64,000 nt of DNA from Tubiluchus corallicola (taxonomy: Eukaryota; Animalia; Priapulida), in assembly GCA_030141605.1 (NCBI GenBank), contig JAQGDQ010000847.1:24318-88317 (forward strand), given 5' to 3'. The notes beneath the pieces are model-generated. The model was not told the DNA's origin. It searched no databases and was given only the letters and a program-made list of their open reading frames with translations. Positions 1 to 16,464 of the stretch are shown here, one piece after another (positions within the stretch are counted from its first letter, which is position 1; each line of letters starts with the position of its first letter). Both the position numbers and the translations under genes were made by a program.

Positions 1-540
1 GCATAAAATTATAATATTACGCGAAAGGCAACGTTTAGCTATTTGTTTAAGGTAATTTTAAATAATACTACTAATGAAAAATAAACCTGCAATACATTAT
101 TATCAATTTCTGAAGCCAAACGTGACCTAAAAAGTTGAAGATGAAAAATGTCCTCGTAAATCTGAATTTGAACCGTAATCTTTTCGATTACAATCCTAAC
201 ACCGCACGATTTTTCTTAATCTAGTCTCAAGGTAATTAATTAGCAAATTAATAAATAATAAATTTTCACTCAATAGTTTTTGATATCATAACTATCATAC
301 TGATAGAGAATAAATCTGGCAGTTCTCCAGCCAGGGAATTGAACCCAGAATCATTTGATGTTCAGCAAATGTGGTCGGATTCAAGATCTTGGATTCAATT
401 CCCAGACTGGGGGGTTCTTGGTATTTCATTACGTAATATTCAAATCAACGCCGCTGTCCTGACTTCCCATTTCTGTTTCAAAAATTTAATAACAATTGTG
501 TACTCCTACCACTAGTCTAATATTTTATATTGTTTAGTGG

Positions 541-603
541 GAGCAGAAAGAGAGAGAGAACGAAAGAGTAGGAGAGAGCAAAAAAGCGAGAGAAAGAGAG
601 AGG

Positions 604-658
<55 letters not shown>
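541..658. repeat. (GA)n microsatellite / purine tract
   Basis: Imperfect then perfect GA dinucleotide run seen directly; it explains the spurious poly-SL ORF 517..813. Confidence 0.95.
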
Positions 659-660
<2 letters not shown>

Positions 661-1914
661 TATGTGTGTGAAGCGAGCAGCGATGCAAAAGTTCAAAGGA
701 ATTATGCAGAGAGGAAGAAAGTGGACATCATTGGGCAAATAACAGATATGGTTGAATAACAGCAAACCTTTCTTGCATGTAAATTTGACACATCGCAAGC
801 TGTAAACCAGCATTCATTGCTCGCAGTCAATACGATAATAGTTGCTAAGGAGGGGCAGCATCTCAGTTCAATGTAAAAACTAAAAAAAAATTATTAAAAC
901 AGAAAAAAGGGTTACAAAACCGACTTCCGAATGAAGCCATTCACCTGTGTGTAAGCAAATACATAGACAATAATATACCAAGTTGCAAGCTTTCTCATAT
1001 ATGCATGCGATTTTTGATTTGAGGACGTTGTGAACATAAGTCAAGCTAAAGCAATTTTACAACTTATAGATGCCATAATTAAGCCTAATTTTTTACAATG
1101 ATTAGGCGCGAAAAGCCACGCTGACACTCTGGGTTAGAGACTATACTTATGTAAAAGCTTTATTTGAATGTGAACAGAGTGTGAATAGAATTTAAACGAC
1201 AAACTCTGTAACACGACTCGTGGACTAAAAATATATAAATCAAGTTAATTTCTAGTCAGACTTCGAAAATCATCGAAGCACAACTTTAGTTTGCGGCGCT
1301 TCACCTATTCTCATATCATACAAAACCTGAGCTTGTTTGAAATGAAACAACAGGTGTATTGAAATAATTGACATCGATCTTCTTTTTAATTAAGTTTTTG
1401 CATTTAAAAACAGAAAAAACTTCTATCCCATCTATATCGGGAACGCTCATGGCTATCGCCATGTTGGTGTTTGCTGGCACCGACCCCACGTACTTTTAAT
1501 GAGTTGAGCACCTACGTTCCGGCCATTCTTTGGGTCATAAAGAAATTTATGGTTCCTTACAACTTCTGCTAAAAATTCCACCGAGAAATCTTATACAGCT
1601 TTGCCTTCCTACATTTTCTAAATTTCGAATTTCTGGCGCGAAAATGTATGCAGTACGCAGTAGAATTTCACTGCCGTTGTATTTCACGTGTCAAGTGATT
1701 TTTCCCATTGATTTTTCTGCAAATGTGTGGCCCAAAACGCAATAACGCATAACACAGGTCTGATAGACAGGTGCATTGAAAACAATATAAACCAATTTTA
1801 TCTATAACGCATACGCATTCCGGATGTCTGGTAAACGCCTCTTTGCTGTAAGCTATTATCATAGCAAAAACGTAATTAATAAGCCTAAAAAAGTCATTCA
1901 TCACCTATCAATAA

Positions 1915-2995
1915 TAAAACAATAATATTTATTGTGTTATAACAGCCAGGATCTCCAAGGGAAACTTTGCAAATGGAATATTGTGGACTAAGGGACTATA
2001 GGGACTAAGTCTACTTTTAGTCCCTACTGTAAGTCAAAACAATCTCCTCTTTAAAATACTAAAAGGGAATATACTATTTTTTAGATTAGAATTTTAGAAT
2101 TATTTTAGAATCTTCATGTTTTTTTAAATATGGACAGCGAGTTGGCATTTTTAATAGCTGGAGCAATTGAATTCCATATGTAAGGGCCATTGTATTTAAT
2201 AGAAAATTTTCTGACATTAGTGTTGCACTGTATGTAGTGATAGTTCAGCCTATAACGTGTGCCGTAATTATGTATCTCAGCATTCAAACAAAAACAATCA
2301 GTAAATAAGGGAGGCAATAATTTATGAGAGAATTTGTACATGAAAAAATGGCAGTTTGGAACTTATTAATGTCATAAATGTTTAGAAAGTTTAGTCTTTT
2401 AAATATTGGTGGTGTATGGTCCTGATAACCGGCAAATGTTATAGCTCGCACTATCTTTTCTTTTGAATCAGATGAATTTTTTTAATCGACTGGTGTATGT
2501 GCTTCCCCAAATAATGTTTGAATTATTAAGATATGGTAAAAAAGAGAATTATATAATAATACAAGTACTGATTTAGGCAATATGTATCTAATTCTGTATA
2601 TAATACCTATGGTTTTTGAGATTTTGCTTTCGATAAATCTAAGATGTTCTTGCCAAGTTAGGTGTTCATCTGTGATGATGCCTAAGAACTTAGTATATTT
2701 TACTTGATTTATTGGGACTTCTTCGATTTTTACTGTAAGATTACTAGGGATTCTTTTATTTTTATTTGTGAATACAACAAATTTGGTTTTTTCAATATTC
2801 AGTGATAACTTATTAGCTTTAAACCAGGTGGAGAGGTGTACAAGTTCTTGGTTTATCATTTATCATTAGTTCATCATTTATCAGTATTTATCATTTATTC
2901 ATAGTTTGAGTGGCTATAGAATATGTTAGTATCATCGGCAAATAAAAAGAAGTCTAGCAGAGTGGAGACATTGTGGAGATCATTAATACAGAAAA
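1915..2995 (-). mobile_element. 5'-truncated degenerate LINE (L2/CR1-group) RT C-terminal fragment
   Basis: Minus strand encodes FADDTN (~2925-2942), then ELVHLSTWFKANKLSLNIEKTK..., KFLGII, KTIGIIYRIR, LYNSLF and GPYIWNSI across several frameshifts; AATAAA-like 3' end near 1930. Confidence 0.85.
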
Positions 2996-3160
2996 GAAAA
3001 CAATGTTCCAACTGAATCCCTTTCTCATAGTTGAAACGTAGATAATACTAAAAAGAAATAGAAGAAAATCAATAATATTCATCAGCTATTGGTTTACAAA
3101 TTTGATCAAAATTACGTATTACATGTTCCTGAACATTGTCAAGAGTAATTTATGATGCAG

Positions 3161-6752
<3,592 letters not shown>

Positions 6753-7481
6753 ATGACTATTAAAACAAAAGTCTTTAATCCAAAAGAAATGTGGTAAGCA
6801 TGTCAACCCAAATATCAGAAAACAAACAGAAAATTGTATTAGAAAAGTTGCCTTGTCTACGTATACGTTTGCATTCATCACATGATTTGTGATTTGATGA
6901 TTATGGCGATCATGACAATGATCACAATGATGAAGGTGACTATCGTTGGTGTGATAGTAATGATAATGGTGACGGTAAAGAAGATGACATCACTGACGTC
7001 GTTAGCGACGCCAAAGATGGCAATGGCAAAAAAATATTTCTGTTTATGCATTATCCTTTTAAAGGGCTGTGATCTAAATTCGTCAATTAGTAAATTGATC
7101 GTAGTCATACCGTCATGACAATACATGACTACGCAGATACACGAATATTTTAAGTACAAAACCTTAATGTGATGCAAAACTCGCTGAGCGGTTATTCTAT
7201 GGGAAAACTTAGTAATGTTTATCAAATTGCTTCGGCCTCTAATGGCGTTATTTCCCTTTTCTTAAACTTTGAGAGGTTTCCGTCTTTATGTCGCAAATAA
7301 ACAGCTTGAATTATTATAATGCGCTACACGCAACCACGGTAGGTTTTCCATTAGAACTTATACAAAGAGCATGAGCTAAGAAGGTGGAGACAGGCCATTT
7401 GGGCGCGGCCGTTTAGGCGCCTGCTACGTACGTAACTCTATATCATAAGAACACCGTGACATTATTTCTGTGTAGTGTTGC

Positions 7482-7526
7482 TAGAGCCCTGTATCATATT
7501 TACATAGTAAATGATACAAGGCTCTG
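7482..7526. mobile_element. 45-bp palindromic mini-insertion with 7-bp target duplication
   Basis: TAGAGCCCTGTATCAT...ATGATACAAGGCTCTG hairpin flanked by GTGTTGC at 7475-7481 and 7527-7533. Confidence 0.6.
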
Positions 7527-8371
7527 GTGTTGCAAATCATATTACCTATATCAGGTTGAAATTTTGGGCACCCACGTCCATTACCTGATTACCATCTAAC
7601 TTCTAGAACACTTCTTAAAGTTTTTGTAAGAAATAATTATTTTTCTAAATACGATCGTGTTTTTAAAAAACAAAAAGCCAAAACGCCGCTTAGCATTATG
7701 TAAGAGCAAGTGAACGCATAGATGTATCGTGCACTTCGCGAGAAATGTGGCAAAAACATTTTAATAACATAATTGTTAAAATCCTGATATTTATAATCAT
7801 ACGTTACGTATTTGGCTCATTAATTGATCTGTTTAATTGATTACTTTCGAGTGCGTAGTTAGTACAAACAACTAAACTATGCATTAGACGTCCGTTTCTT
7901 CTGAAGCACATCAAGATAAAAACTCAGTAAATATAGTATTGAGATATAGTAGTTGAATTGCAGTAAGTATCGCTAAATTTTGTTTTGACTAGATCTTGTG
8001 ATGTACTGTTTTGTGTTGTATTGAATATTTTTAAACTAAACTGCTATCATATCTTGATAAAATGCTAATCTAAACTTCCAGTGTTTTCTTCTGCTTCGTT
8101 CGTTTTACAAACAACACATTAACACAAAAAGTGGAAAACCAGACAGTGCAGAGTCAATTGACTGATTTGAATAGTTGTGACACGTTACTACATATTAAAT
8201 TTCGTGAATTGATTTTAAAAAAATATTATGTATAATATTTTTATTCATACATAACTTGTACATTTTGAGTTGAGACATAATAATATTGTAAGACTTAGGA
8301 AGATAGTGAATCATTAAAAATAAAAAAACAAAAATAAAAGAATTAGGTACAACATTGAATTTCATTGGTGT

Positions 8372-8470
8372 ACAAATGTGCCGTGGCCAAGTGTCCCCGT
8401 GCCCAAATGTCCTGTGCCCAGGTGTTACCGTTCCCAAATGGCCATGCATAAAATATCACATGCCCACAAG
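8372..8470. repeat. ~15-bp tandem repeat (GTGCCCAAATGTCC-like), probably a DNA-transposon subterminal array
   Basis: About six imperfect copies seen directly; the origin is inference. Confidence 0.65.
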
Positions 8471-9098
8471 GTGGTAACTATAGACCTACTGAAAGTTAGT
8501 GACAACATTTTAATGCTTCCTATGCCGTGAGTATTTAGGGGTAAAAGTTTGATCCGAATATTATGGTGTATACAATAGTACGACAATGATTTTCACGAGC
8601 CACAAACAATAAAAAATCCCTTGTTCTATTATCTAGGCTACTTCGTACAATAAATTCTGTTTGACATAATACATATAATATTTCTCAATTTTTTTTGTTT
8701 GTGGTCATACCTGCGGGTGTGGGAGTTTTTCACATCTAAGAGTAGGTAAAGATTTTGGAATATCCGGAGATGACAGCAGCAGTAACACACAATTAGATTT
8801 TTCTTAGCGCAGTCTCATTAGAAATCAGTTCCTGGTCGAAAAAATCCTCTGAACTTAAACAATTCGCCACCCCCGCTCAACCCCTGCAAATTCATCGTAG
8901 GCTTAATACGCTCAGTCTACAAATCGCGCAAGTGTGGTCTGCTAAGTGACGTAAAATACAAATTTTAGTCTAAATAGATTGACACTTTAAAGAAATGGTG
9001 GTGCTGGTGATGAAAATGAAAGTTGTGGGAAGTTTTTAAAAACGGTGCGATAATAGTATATGACAATGTTGATACTGATGCTAGAGAAATATTATAGG

Positions 9099-9613
9099 CA
9101 GGCCCTATTTCAAGGGGGGGGAGTGGGGATACTTCCCCGGGGCCTCACCCTCCAGGTGGGGGCCTCGCGCCGAGGTAACTTTTTTTTTGCTTTATGCGAA
9201 CATACTGCCTCTTCTCTCCCTCTCCTCTCTTGCCGCACGAGCGCCGTTTGCCTTGTTTGGCTCGGTGTCGATGTTCAGCTGTTTTCAATTTCGGAATTTC
9301 TAACACCGGCTTGTACGGAAGTGAGAGTACGGTATTACATATTGCAAAGATGTTGTTGTTTATTTGACTATTTGACAAGTATTAAGGACTGGTCTTGAGA
9401 ATAAAACAGTTTTTCTTTCAATTGTTCTCTCCTTTAACAACTGTATAACTCCATATTTTTTCTTCGAAAATGCTTCTCCGGCGTTCTAGCAGTTCAAAAA
9501 TTTTCTGGGCGCCAACCATGGTGGCACCGCTCCGCAGCGCTTCGCCCCCCCCCCCGACAAGGGCCTCACACACCCCACTCCCCCGGGCCTCGCTTAGGCT
9601 GAAATAGGCCCTG
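9099..9613. mobile_element. hAT-type MITE (515 bp)
   Basis: TIRs CAGGCCCTATTTCA / TGAAATAGGCCCTG (1 mismatch); 8-bp TSD ATTATAGG (9091-9098) / ACTATAGG (9614-9621); GGGGCCTC-type subterminal repeats. Confidence 0.88.
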
Positions 9614-9849
9614 ACTATAGGTATTCTAATAGGCCGATGCATGATCCACCATCGTTGCATAAGTTTTTTAACATACACTTCTATTCGCGAGTGTTAACGT
9701 CTCGGATCTATAAGAAAACCAATACGCTGATTTTTTAATTTCGGTATGTGTGGCATCCAGCTCTCCAGTTAATTCATGTTTAAACCTGCAAACACACAAA
9801 GCTAGAGTCTTACAGAAAGTTTCTTACGCACAAGAAAGTTACAGGGTAG

Positions 9850-10722
9850 TAGTAGGGGCCTTGAAAGTGGCGTGGTAAAAGGTCAAGGACACTGGACGTT
9901 GATCAGTTTTTCGATTGCCGTTCAACTCCTTCCAGGGCGGCCTTAAACTAAATTCAAATTTTTTCATACGCATTTAAGTATATTTGGAATTTTAAAAAAC
10001 TGTTTAGGGCCGGAGATAGAAGTCAAAATGCATAACATTGAATAACTCTAAAACTATAGTAACTAGAGTGATGAAACTTGCAGGGTATATTCCTGGAATA
10101 TTCGTCCGACAATCATGGTGTATGAAAAAACTAGAACTAATTAAAATTCCGACACAGGAGCCAAAATTTGAAAAAGGGGCCAACATCTTTGTCTCTCAAG
10201 TCAAACATTGTCAATGTCTAACATTAAATAACTCCCAAGATAGACAGGCATCTAAATATTATGGAGTAGACGTGTGTGTGGGGTAGAAACAGTTTGGATG
10301 CGATTTTTAAGGGCTGGTGATCGACCAAAAATGCATAACGCTAAACAATTCCAAAACTATAGTAACTCTATAGTAAACTATAGAGTCCCACATCAGTAAG
10401 CCGTATTAGGCCAAAAAAGTGATAAACACTGTCATGCTTGAATTGAAATTGTTTGAGAGCCCGATGCAGGAGTCGAAACTCGAAACAAAGATGGGAGCCG
10501 AAATGTGACAATTAGATCAAACTGCTTAACCGAACTAGTAAACCGCGTTAGGCCAGGTACAGTCAAGTGACAATTAGACACGAATACCTTGCACACTGAT
10601 TAGTCGCACTTGAGCGTAATAATCTACTAGTATTTACATGAGTTAACAACACTCGACCAGGCATAGTCTGGTTAAAACACCTTATGCTCGCGGACTTGAT
10701 CTCAATTCATTCAGCCTTGTTA
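9850..10722 (+). mobile_element. Dispersed repeat copy 1 (Helentron/Helitron-like non-autonomous element)
   Basis: Colinear similarity to 30690-31145 (GGGGCCTTGAAAGT; TAAAACTATAGTAACT..GAAAYTTGCAGGG; ACACTCGACCAG...TATTCAGYCTTG) with a short 3' hairpin. The family label is inference. Confidence 0.65.
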
Positions 10723-12550
10723 GACTAAAACGAGGCCGCCATGATTTCATGATTTAATTTGTTTATTTACAGCAAGTCAGCGAAAAGTGCAGCACTACAA
10801 CATATAGAACTTGACTTTTTGTTAGTATTCACTGATGGTCTTTCCTCAGAAGCCAGCAAACAAACAAACGAGTAAATGTGATTACAGTCATCATACTGGA
10901 CACTCAGATAGAATCCTCTAGTAATCTCTGCCGCTTTGTGTAAAACAGATTCCTCAGCAAACTTTCAAATTAGCTCTCAATGCTCTCGCCATACTAGAGT
11001 TTGCATTTGAAAAGAAACTGACTTCAACATGCCACTGGAAGTAATCAATGATGAATGGACATGCACCCAGGGGAGAGCTGTAAGATTAGACAGTCAACAG
11101 AATTATAATGTGCTGTACAACTAAGCCAGAACGAAGTTTTGACCTGCAACTACCAGGTGACAGCACAAAGACACTATTGCTCAAGTGTCATAGTCTTACG
11201 AGGCAACGAGGTATGGAACGGGGGGAGGGAGGGTTGTAGACCTCTTAAGGCGAATTAATTGTACATTTTCAGGACAAAAGCTGGTTATTTTCAGAGAAAA
11301 ATTATTTTACTTTTCAGTTTTAAAAAACTGCTTGTGTACTGCATTTTTTGTACAGCGACGTGCTTTTAAATTAACATAAATACCTGCTATCAAACTTAGT
11401 TCGCTAAACCATATAAGTCCTTTTATACACTTTTCAAGTACATGATCAGCAGTGTACTGACAAGGTTATAGATATGTTTGAAACTGACCGTTACCATTAT
11501 TTCGATCTCAAACATCAGAAAAGGTATATCTGAAAATATTTGCGTATGTGTTCACTGAAACCACAAACCTTTGGCTTGTGTCTTGTTAGACTTATGACTT
11601 TTAGTAAACATTATTATAATTTGGATTTCTTGTATTTATATCAGGTGGCGTAATAAACATGACGAATTTTTGATTATGACATAAAAAATCACTTGAAAAT
11701 TACCCATGTGGCATACAATTACGTTAAACATAAACACATTCGGTTATTCCATTAGATTTTCCAAAGGCACAGAAATTTTAAATCAGCAAGTCACAAAAAT
11801 ATGTCACTATTATTAAAATTTACGGCAAGTACTGTAAAACTTTTAACGCAGTCTAGACGAAGGTGTTTTTTTTTCGAAACAGCCAAAACCGTATCTCACT
11901 CCTTTAAGGGGTATTGGTCCACCCCTCAGCCTCAACAATTTTTGCCTTTAGTTCCTCTGTATCAAACAGCTCTCGACAGCCATGGTACATTCTCTTTAAG
12001 GAATTTCAGATACATGTAGACTGAGACCTTTCTTTTAGACTTTTTGTCCATACAGAGATATGGTGATCCTGAGAATTAAGTCTCACTTTTTTAATTTTTG
12101 TCAATATCCAGAATGAGTTGGATGTTTTAAAAGAATTAGAACTATGCCAAAAAATTACAACGCATCTTACAGGTAGAGCGGTACAGAGATTGCAAAAAAT
12201 GTCCACAGTTATTCATCTAATCATAAACCATTCCAATGTCATTTCCTCGAAAATACCGTAGCGCCACTTAAAGAATAAATTTTTATTCTGGTAGCACAGA
12301 GAACTTATTTTATGCCAAAGCTTTAATGCGTGTTTAATGAACATTACCAGCACCTTCCCCTGAACATTCCTGTTCTCTAGAAAGAAGGGGTATAAGTTTT
12401 CCGAGAAAGTGTCATTTTTGGAGGCTTCTTGCCTCCTGTTAGGTCCGATTTGAAAAATAAACCCTCAATGGTAAAGGACTGAATCGAGACCTTTTGTTTG
12501 ATGCATAGATTGCCAAAAATGTTGTCGTCCTGGGAGCTGTAGCCTCGAAT

Positions 12551-12552
<2 letters not shown>

Positions 12553-12586
<34 letters not shown>

Positions 12587-12628
12587 CACATACACACATG
12601 CATACATACATGCATGCATGCACGCACG

Positions 12629-12665
<37 letters not shown>

Positions 12666-12685
12666 ACACACACACATATATGCAT
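12553..12685. repeat. Compound (TA)n/(CA)n microsatellite
   Basis: Seen directly; it explains ORFs 12377..12685 and 12439..12756. Confidence 0.95.
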
Positions 12686-12734
12686 ACAAACTTAATTATA
12701 CAGATGGGACATAGAAATGCTCTCTTTCTGTTTA

Positions 12735-12980
12735 ATGCCAAATTTTCCGGTACCAAATTTTTCTAGTACAAAATTTTCCCGGCACCGTATTTTCTTAGTA
12801 CCAAAATTTTCTTGCACATGTACCACACTTTTTCAGTGCTAAACATTCCAGTTATACCATACTTTAACTCAACCAAACATTCCTATAATAAATTTTCCTA
12901 GTAGCAAATTCTGCCAAAACCAAACTTTCCTGGTACCAAGTTTTACCTGTACCAAATCGCCAGTACCAAACTTTCCTACA
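12735..12980. repeat. ~15-bp tandem array (GTACCAAATTTTCC-like)
   Basis: Over 10 imperfect copies of GTACCAAA(T/C)TTTYC. Confidence 0.8.
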
Positions 12981-14535
12981 TTTCACACAGACAGCTAGAA
13001 ATAATTTCACTTGTATTTGTAAAGAAACAATAAGAACAAACACATCATTGTGATCATAAATTATTATTTGCAGCATTGATTTTTTAACATTTAATAACGT
13101 CTTTATCCTTTTAAATTATTTGTTTAAAACGGGGTTCTGCAGTTTAAAAGGGCTAAAAGTCCAGGAATCCAGCTAGTTTAACTCTGGTAGCTTGTATAGA
13201 AGGCCGATAAACCACAAACATAACTAAAATTACTATAGAGAGTTGTCTTATTGATTTGTCGAGATCAAAGTTTACAGAAAACAAGTGTTTCATAAATGAG
13301 CTGACCAAAACAACAATTATTAGTTAGCAAGGGACTGCAAAACCTTTATAGCATACATATTTTACTGCTTTAAACATTAATTGCATCGTCATCATCACCA
13401 TCATCACCTGCGTCAACACCATCATCCCTGTTCAGTTTTTATCCTCATCAATAGCAACGATGACAAAGCAACAACAGCAAAACGAACAAACAAGATAAAC
13501 CACGAGCAACGATAATGTTACGTTAACCGTTGCCTACAATTTCCAAATACATGTACAGCAATTTTACAACTGAATACACTTTGACCTAAATCACTTTAAT
13601 CACTCAGGGAAGAAAGAATAAACAACGGAAAAATACAAACTCACAGGTATTAGAGCTAGACCACACTGAAAAACTTGAGAGATGAATCCGGATTAATAGT
13701 TTAAATTCACAAATAAAGTCTTTAACAGACTTAATATAAAGAATACTGCACCCCTATATACTCATTAAGCATTCGTGGTTTTAGTGGTCAAAATAGAGTA
13801 AACATAAGAATTAAAACGTTTTTGTATTTCCTTCACATCAATCGCTTTCTGCATTCAGCTGCAACTTTGCTTAAATATGGCGCACCACTTATTAGCACAG
13901 TTACTTTCAGAATGTAACATACATTTACTCTCAGGGTGTACATCCTTAATTTCTTCATTTGCACTAAAATTACTTTTAATAAAATGAACTTGGAATAAGT
14001 CGCCAAAATTAATTGTTTCAACGAGATGCTTGGAATAACAAAAAATGTACAAATAAAAACAGTAAACGCACAAATATTTAGAAATTTTAAAGCAAACATA
14101 AGGTACTCACAACATAATCTAGTTTTACTATGTCACATATACAAAAAACCTAGAATATTAAATTAGCGCATACAGCATACCAAGATGCAAGTATGGGATT
14201 TATTTTAAGCGGTTTTCTCTTCGAATTGCTTACTAACTTCAAAACAACATACATTACTGTATTTATGAATGAATATGATATTTGAATCTTATAAATTTTA
14301 AATACCTTAATGGGAAATGGAAGCATGAACCCTGTTAAGGAAGAATAAATGCATCATACAATTTTCAAACCAACGACAATCTCAAAGCACAATGCAGATG
14401 ATAGAATTCAACTCGTAAAGCGTAATCAAGCCCCAATGACTACAATTAACCAGCATAAAAATCAACACAACAGGACTAACACAAAACCCATCATAATTGC
14501 AACAACATCAATAACATAAACACAGACCGTCGATT

Positions 14536-16464
14536 TCATGATTTGCTACCCTCATCTGCCTTTTGCTGAGATCCACTGCATGGTTGAGACGAGCTCTTCT
14601 CACCCTTCTCATCAGAATCTGAAATGATGATAAAAATACAAAAAAATAACTGTGATCCAACAAAATTAATTCATCAAAGCGTTTCAGATGACACTTCTTC
14701 CATGCTCCTATGTAAATTATAATAATACAATAATAATTTATTCTTAAAAATGCACTCGATCTGAAGATTTCAGTGGTTTCTACAATAGAGCTAAAAGAGA
14801 TAAAAAACATACAACCAATCATAATGAAAATAATTACACAGTTGTAATTTAAAAAATATAGCAACATATGACATTGAACAAAAAATTCACCCTTACAGTT
14901 TACAGTAAAAGTAGTTATAATTCTCAATTAATAGATATAAATTATCTGCTATTATAATAACTGTATTTTATCTCTCAACAGCTACGATGAAAATGTGGAA
15001 AATATATGTAAACATACTCCTATACCTACTAACATACAAAATTTTACCATATATACTCACAATTATATATATATACTAAAAACCGATTAGCTAAATCTGT
15101 TAAGTGCAATTTTATTTAACAGAAATCTCACAAAACTATGTTTTGTGAACACATGGTGAATCATAATTTGGGAGCTAGCCTTTTATCATTTTCTGTTATT
15201 TCTGTGACAGCGTGAGGAAGAGAAATAATGCAAAAGAGATGGGAAGGGAAAAAATAAAGAAAAAGTAAGAGGGGAAGAAAGAAAAAAGAGACAAAAAGAG
15301 AGAGACACAAAGCAAAAAAGAAGCTTAGCAACACATGCTTTCAGGTGCACATCCACCTTGATTATACGGCAGTAGATGAGTGGGTAGATTCAGAATGAGC
15401 AAAATATGTGGCAATGCCAAAATTTGTTTTCATTGATTTTTACTTAACAAACAGTAGATAATTTTCAGAACACTGTAGAACACTGCCGAATATGTTGTGT
15501 TAGTGAGATCAATCATAGTGACACTGCTATTTTAATAAATATGTCTAATTATATTCTGAGCATGCTGAAAGCTAAAATGCTAAGATAGAGTTTTACAATG
15601 TTAACACGGATAGTATAGAGTAAAATTACTATATAATTTTTTCCATAGAATTCAGTGCACTGCTGCAAGCTCGAAGACAGCACTTAATGGCAAAGTATGG
15701 GAAAAAATAGCAAAAATGAAGTCTAGCCAATGATAAAAATTGTTATCAATGATAACCAGAATAATCCTCTAAAATGAGCCATTTAACTGGCAGAGGTGTC
15801 CATACATCCAATATGAAGTAAACAGCCAGAATCAGTATGGCAAATGAAACCGCTGTGCATCAAACCAAACTATCAATCGCACACCACTTGTCCAAAACAT
15901 ACGTGTGAGACCACAGAATAACTAAGAAAACTGTCTCGAGGTTGAGAAGATGATACAAAAAAAACTTCCCAACAGAACATTGCTTTCAATGCAGAAATGT
16001 GTATTCCATTGACCATTAACTATTTTCTTTATTACAAAGACCTACAGAAATGCAACAGCTGACAGTAAATTCAAATTCATGGAAAGCAAATTGTTACACA
16101 ATAGGAGAGATTTACTGGTGCTATTACATGAAATTTCACTTCACTCTCAGAAAAAGCTGATCATAAGAAAATACATGCAAATTACAAACCTGTGCATGAA
16201 AGATTATTCAGAGCTGTTGGAAGTTCAGCAGTAGAAACGGAAGCACTTTCCCCCATTATATGTGGCAAAGCATTTCTACGTCCAGTCCGCCCGCAGTGTA
16301 AGAAACTGTCCATTGTCCGAGCAAACTCTGCATCATCCTGTACTGTTTTTGACTCCTGATCAGCCTACAATAAGAATCAATGTCAGAATTTGGAAACTGC
16401 ACGAAACTAATGATAATGCAAGCAAAATTTATTATACTCAATTTACCTGGTTATGCTGACTCAT
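14536..16464 (-). CDS. pki: cAMP-dependent protein kinase inhibitor (PKI family), 91 aa
   Basis: Exons 16464-16447, 16364-16190, 14618-14536(TGA), all GT-AG and phase-consistent. Protein MSQHNQADQESKTVQDDAEFARTMDSFLHCGRTGRRNALPHIMGESASVSTAELPTALNNLSCTDSDEKGEKSSSQPCSGSQQKADEGSKS contains the PKI pseudosubstrate F-x3-GRTGRRNA(L/I) and an NES-like ELPTALNNLSC. The first coding exon is the least certain part. Confidence 0.88.

Noticed and set aside
160-205. tRNA-like fragment on the minus strand
   Set aside because: Only anticodon/T-arm-like pieces with no acceptor stem; at most a decayed SINE head.
517-813. ORFs with poly-SL, poly-CV/YI or poly-M/T (also 5164..5346, 6878..7225, 6882..7118, 12377..12756)
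   Set aside because: They are translations of microsatellites.
11170-12270. Possible hAT-like element ending in CCGTAGCGCCACT
   Set aside because: No convincing matching left TIR or TSD could be found.
14508-14927. 139-aa ORF as a gene in its own right
   Set aside because: Mostly T-rich intron; the real exon (14618-14536) is read in another frame as the PKI C-terminus.
16256-16459. ORFs 16256..16441(-) and 16262..16459(+)
   Set aside because: Shadow frames of PKI exon 2.
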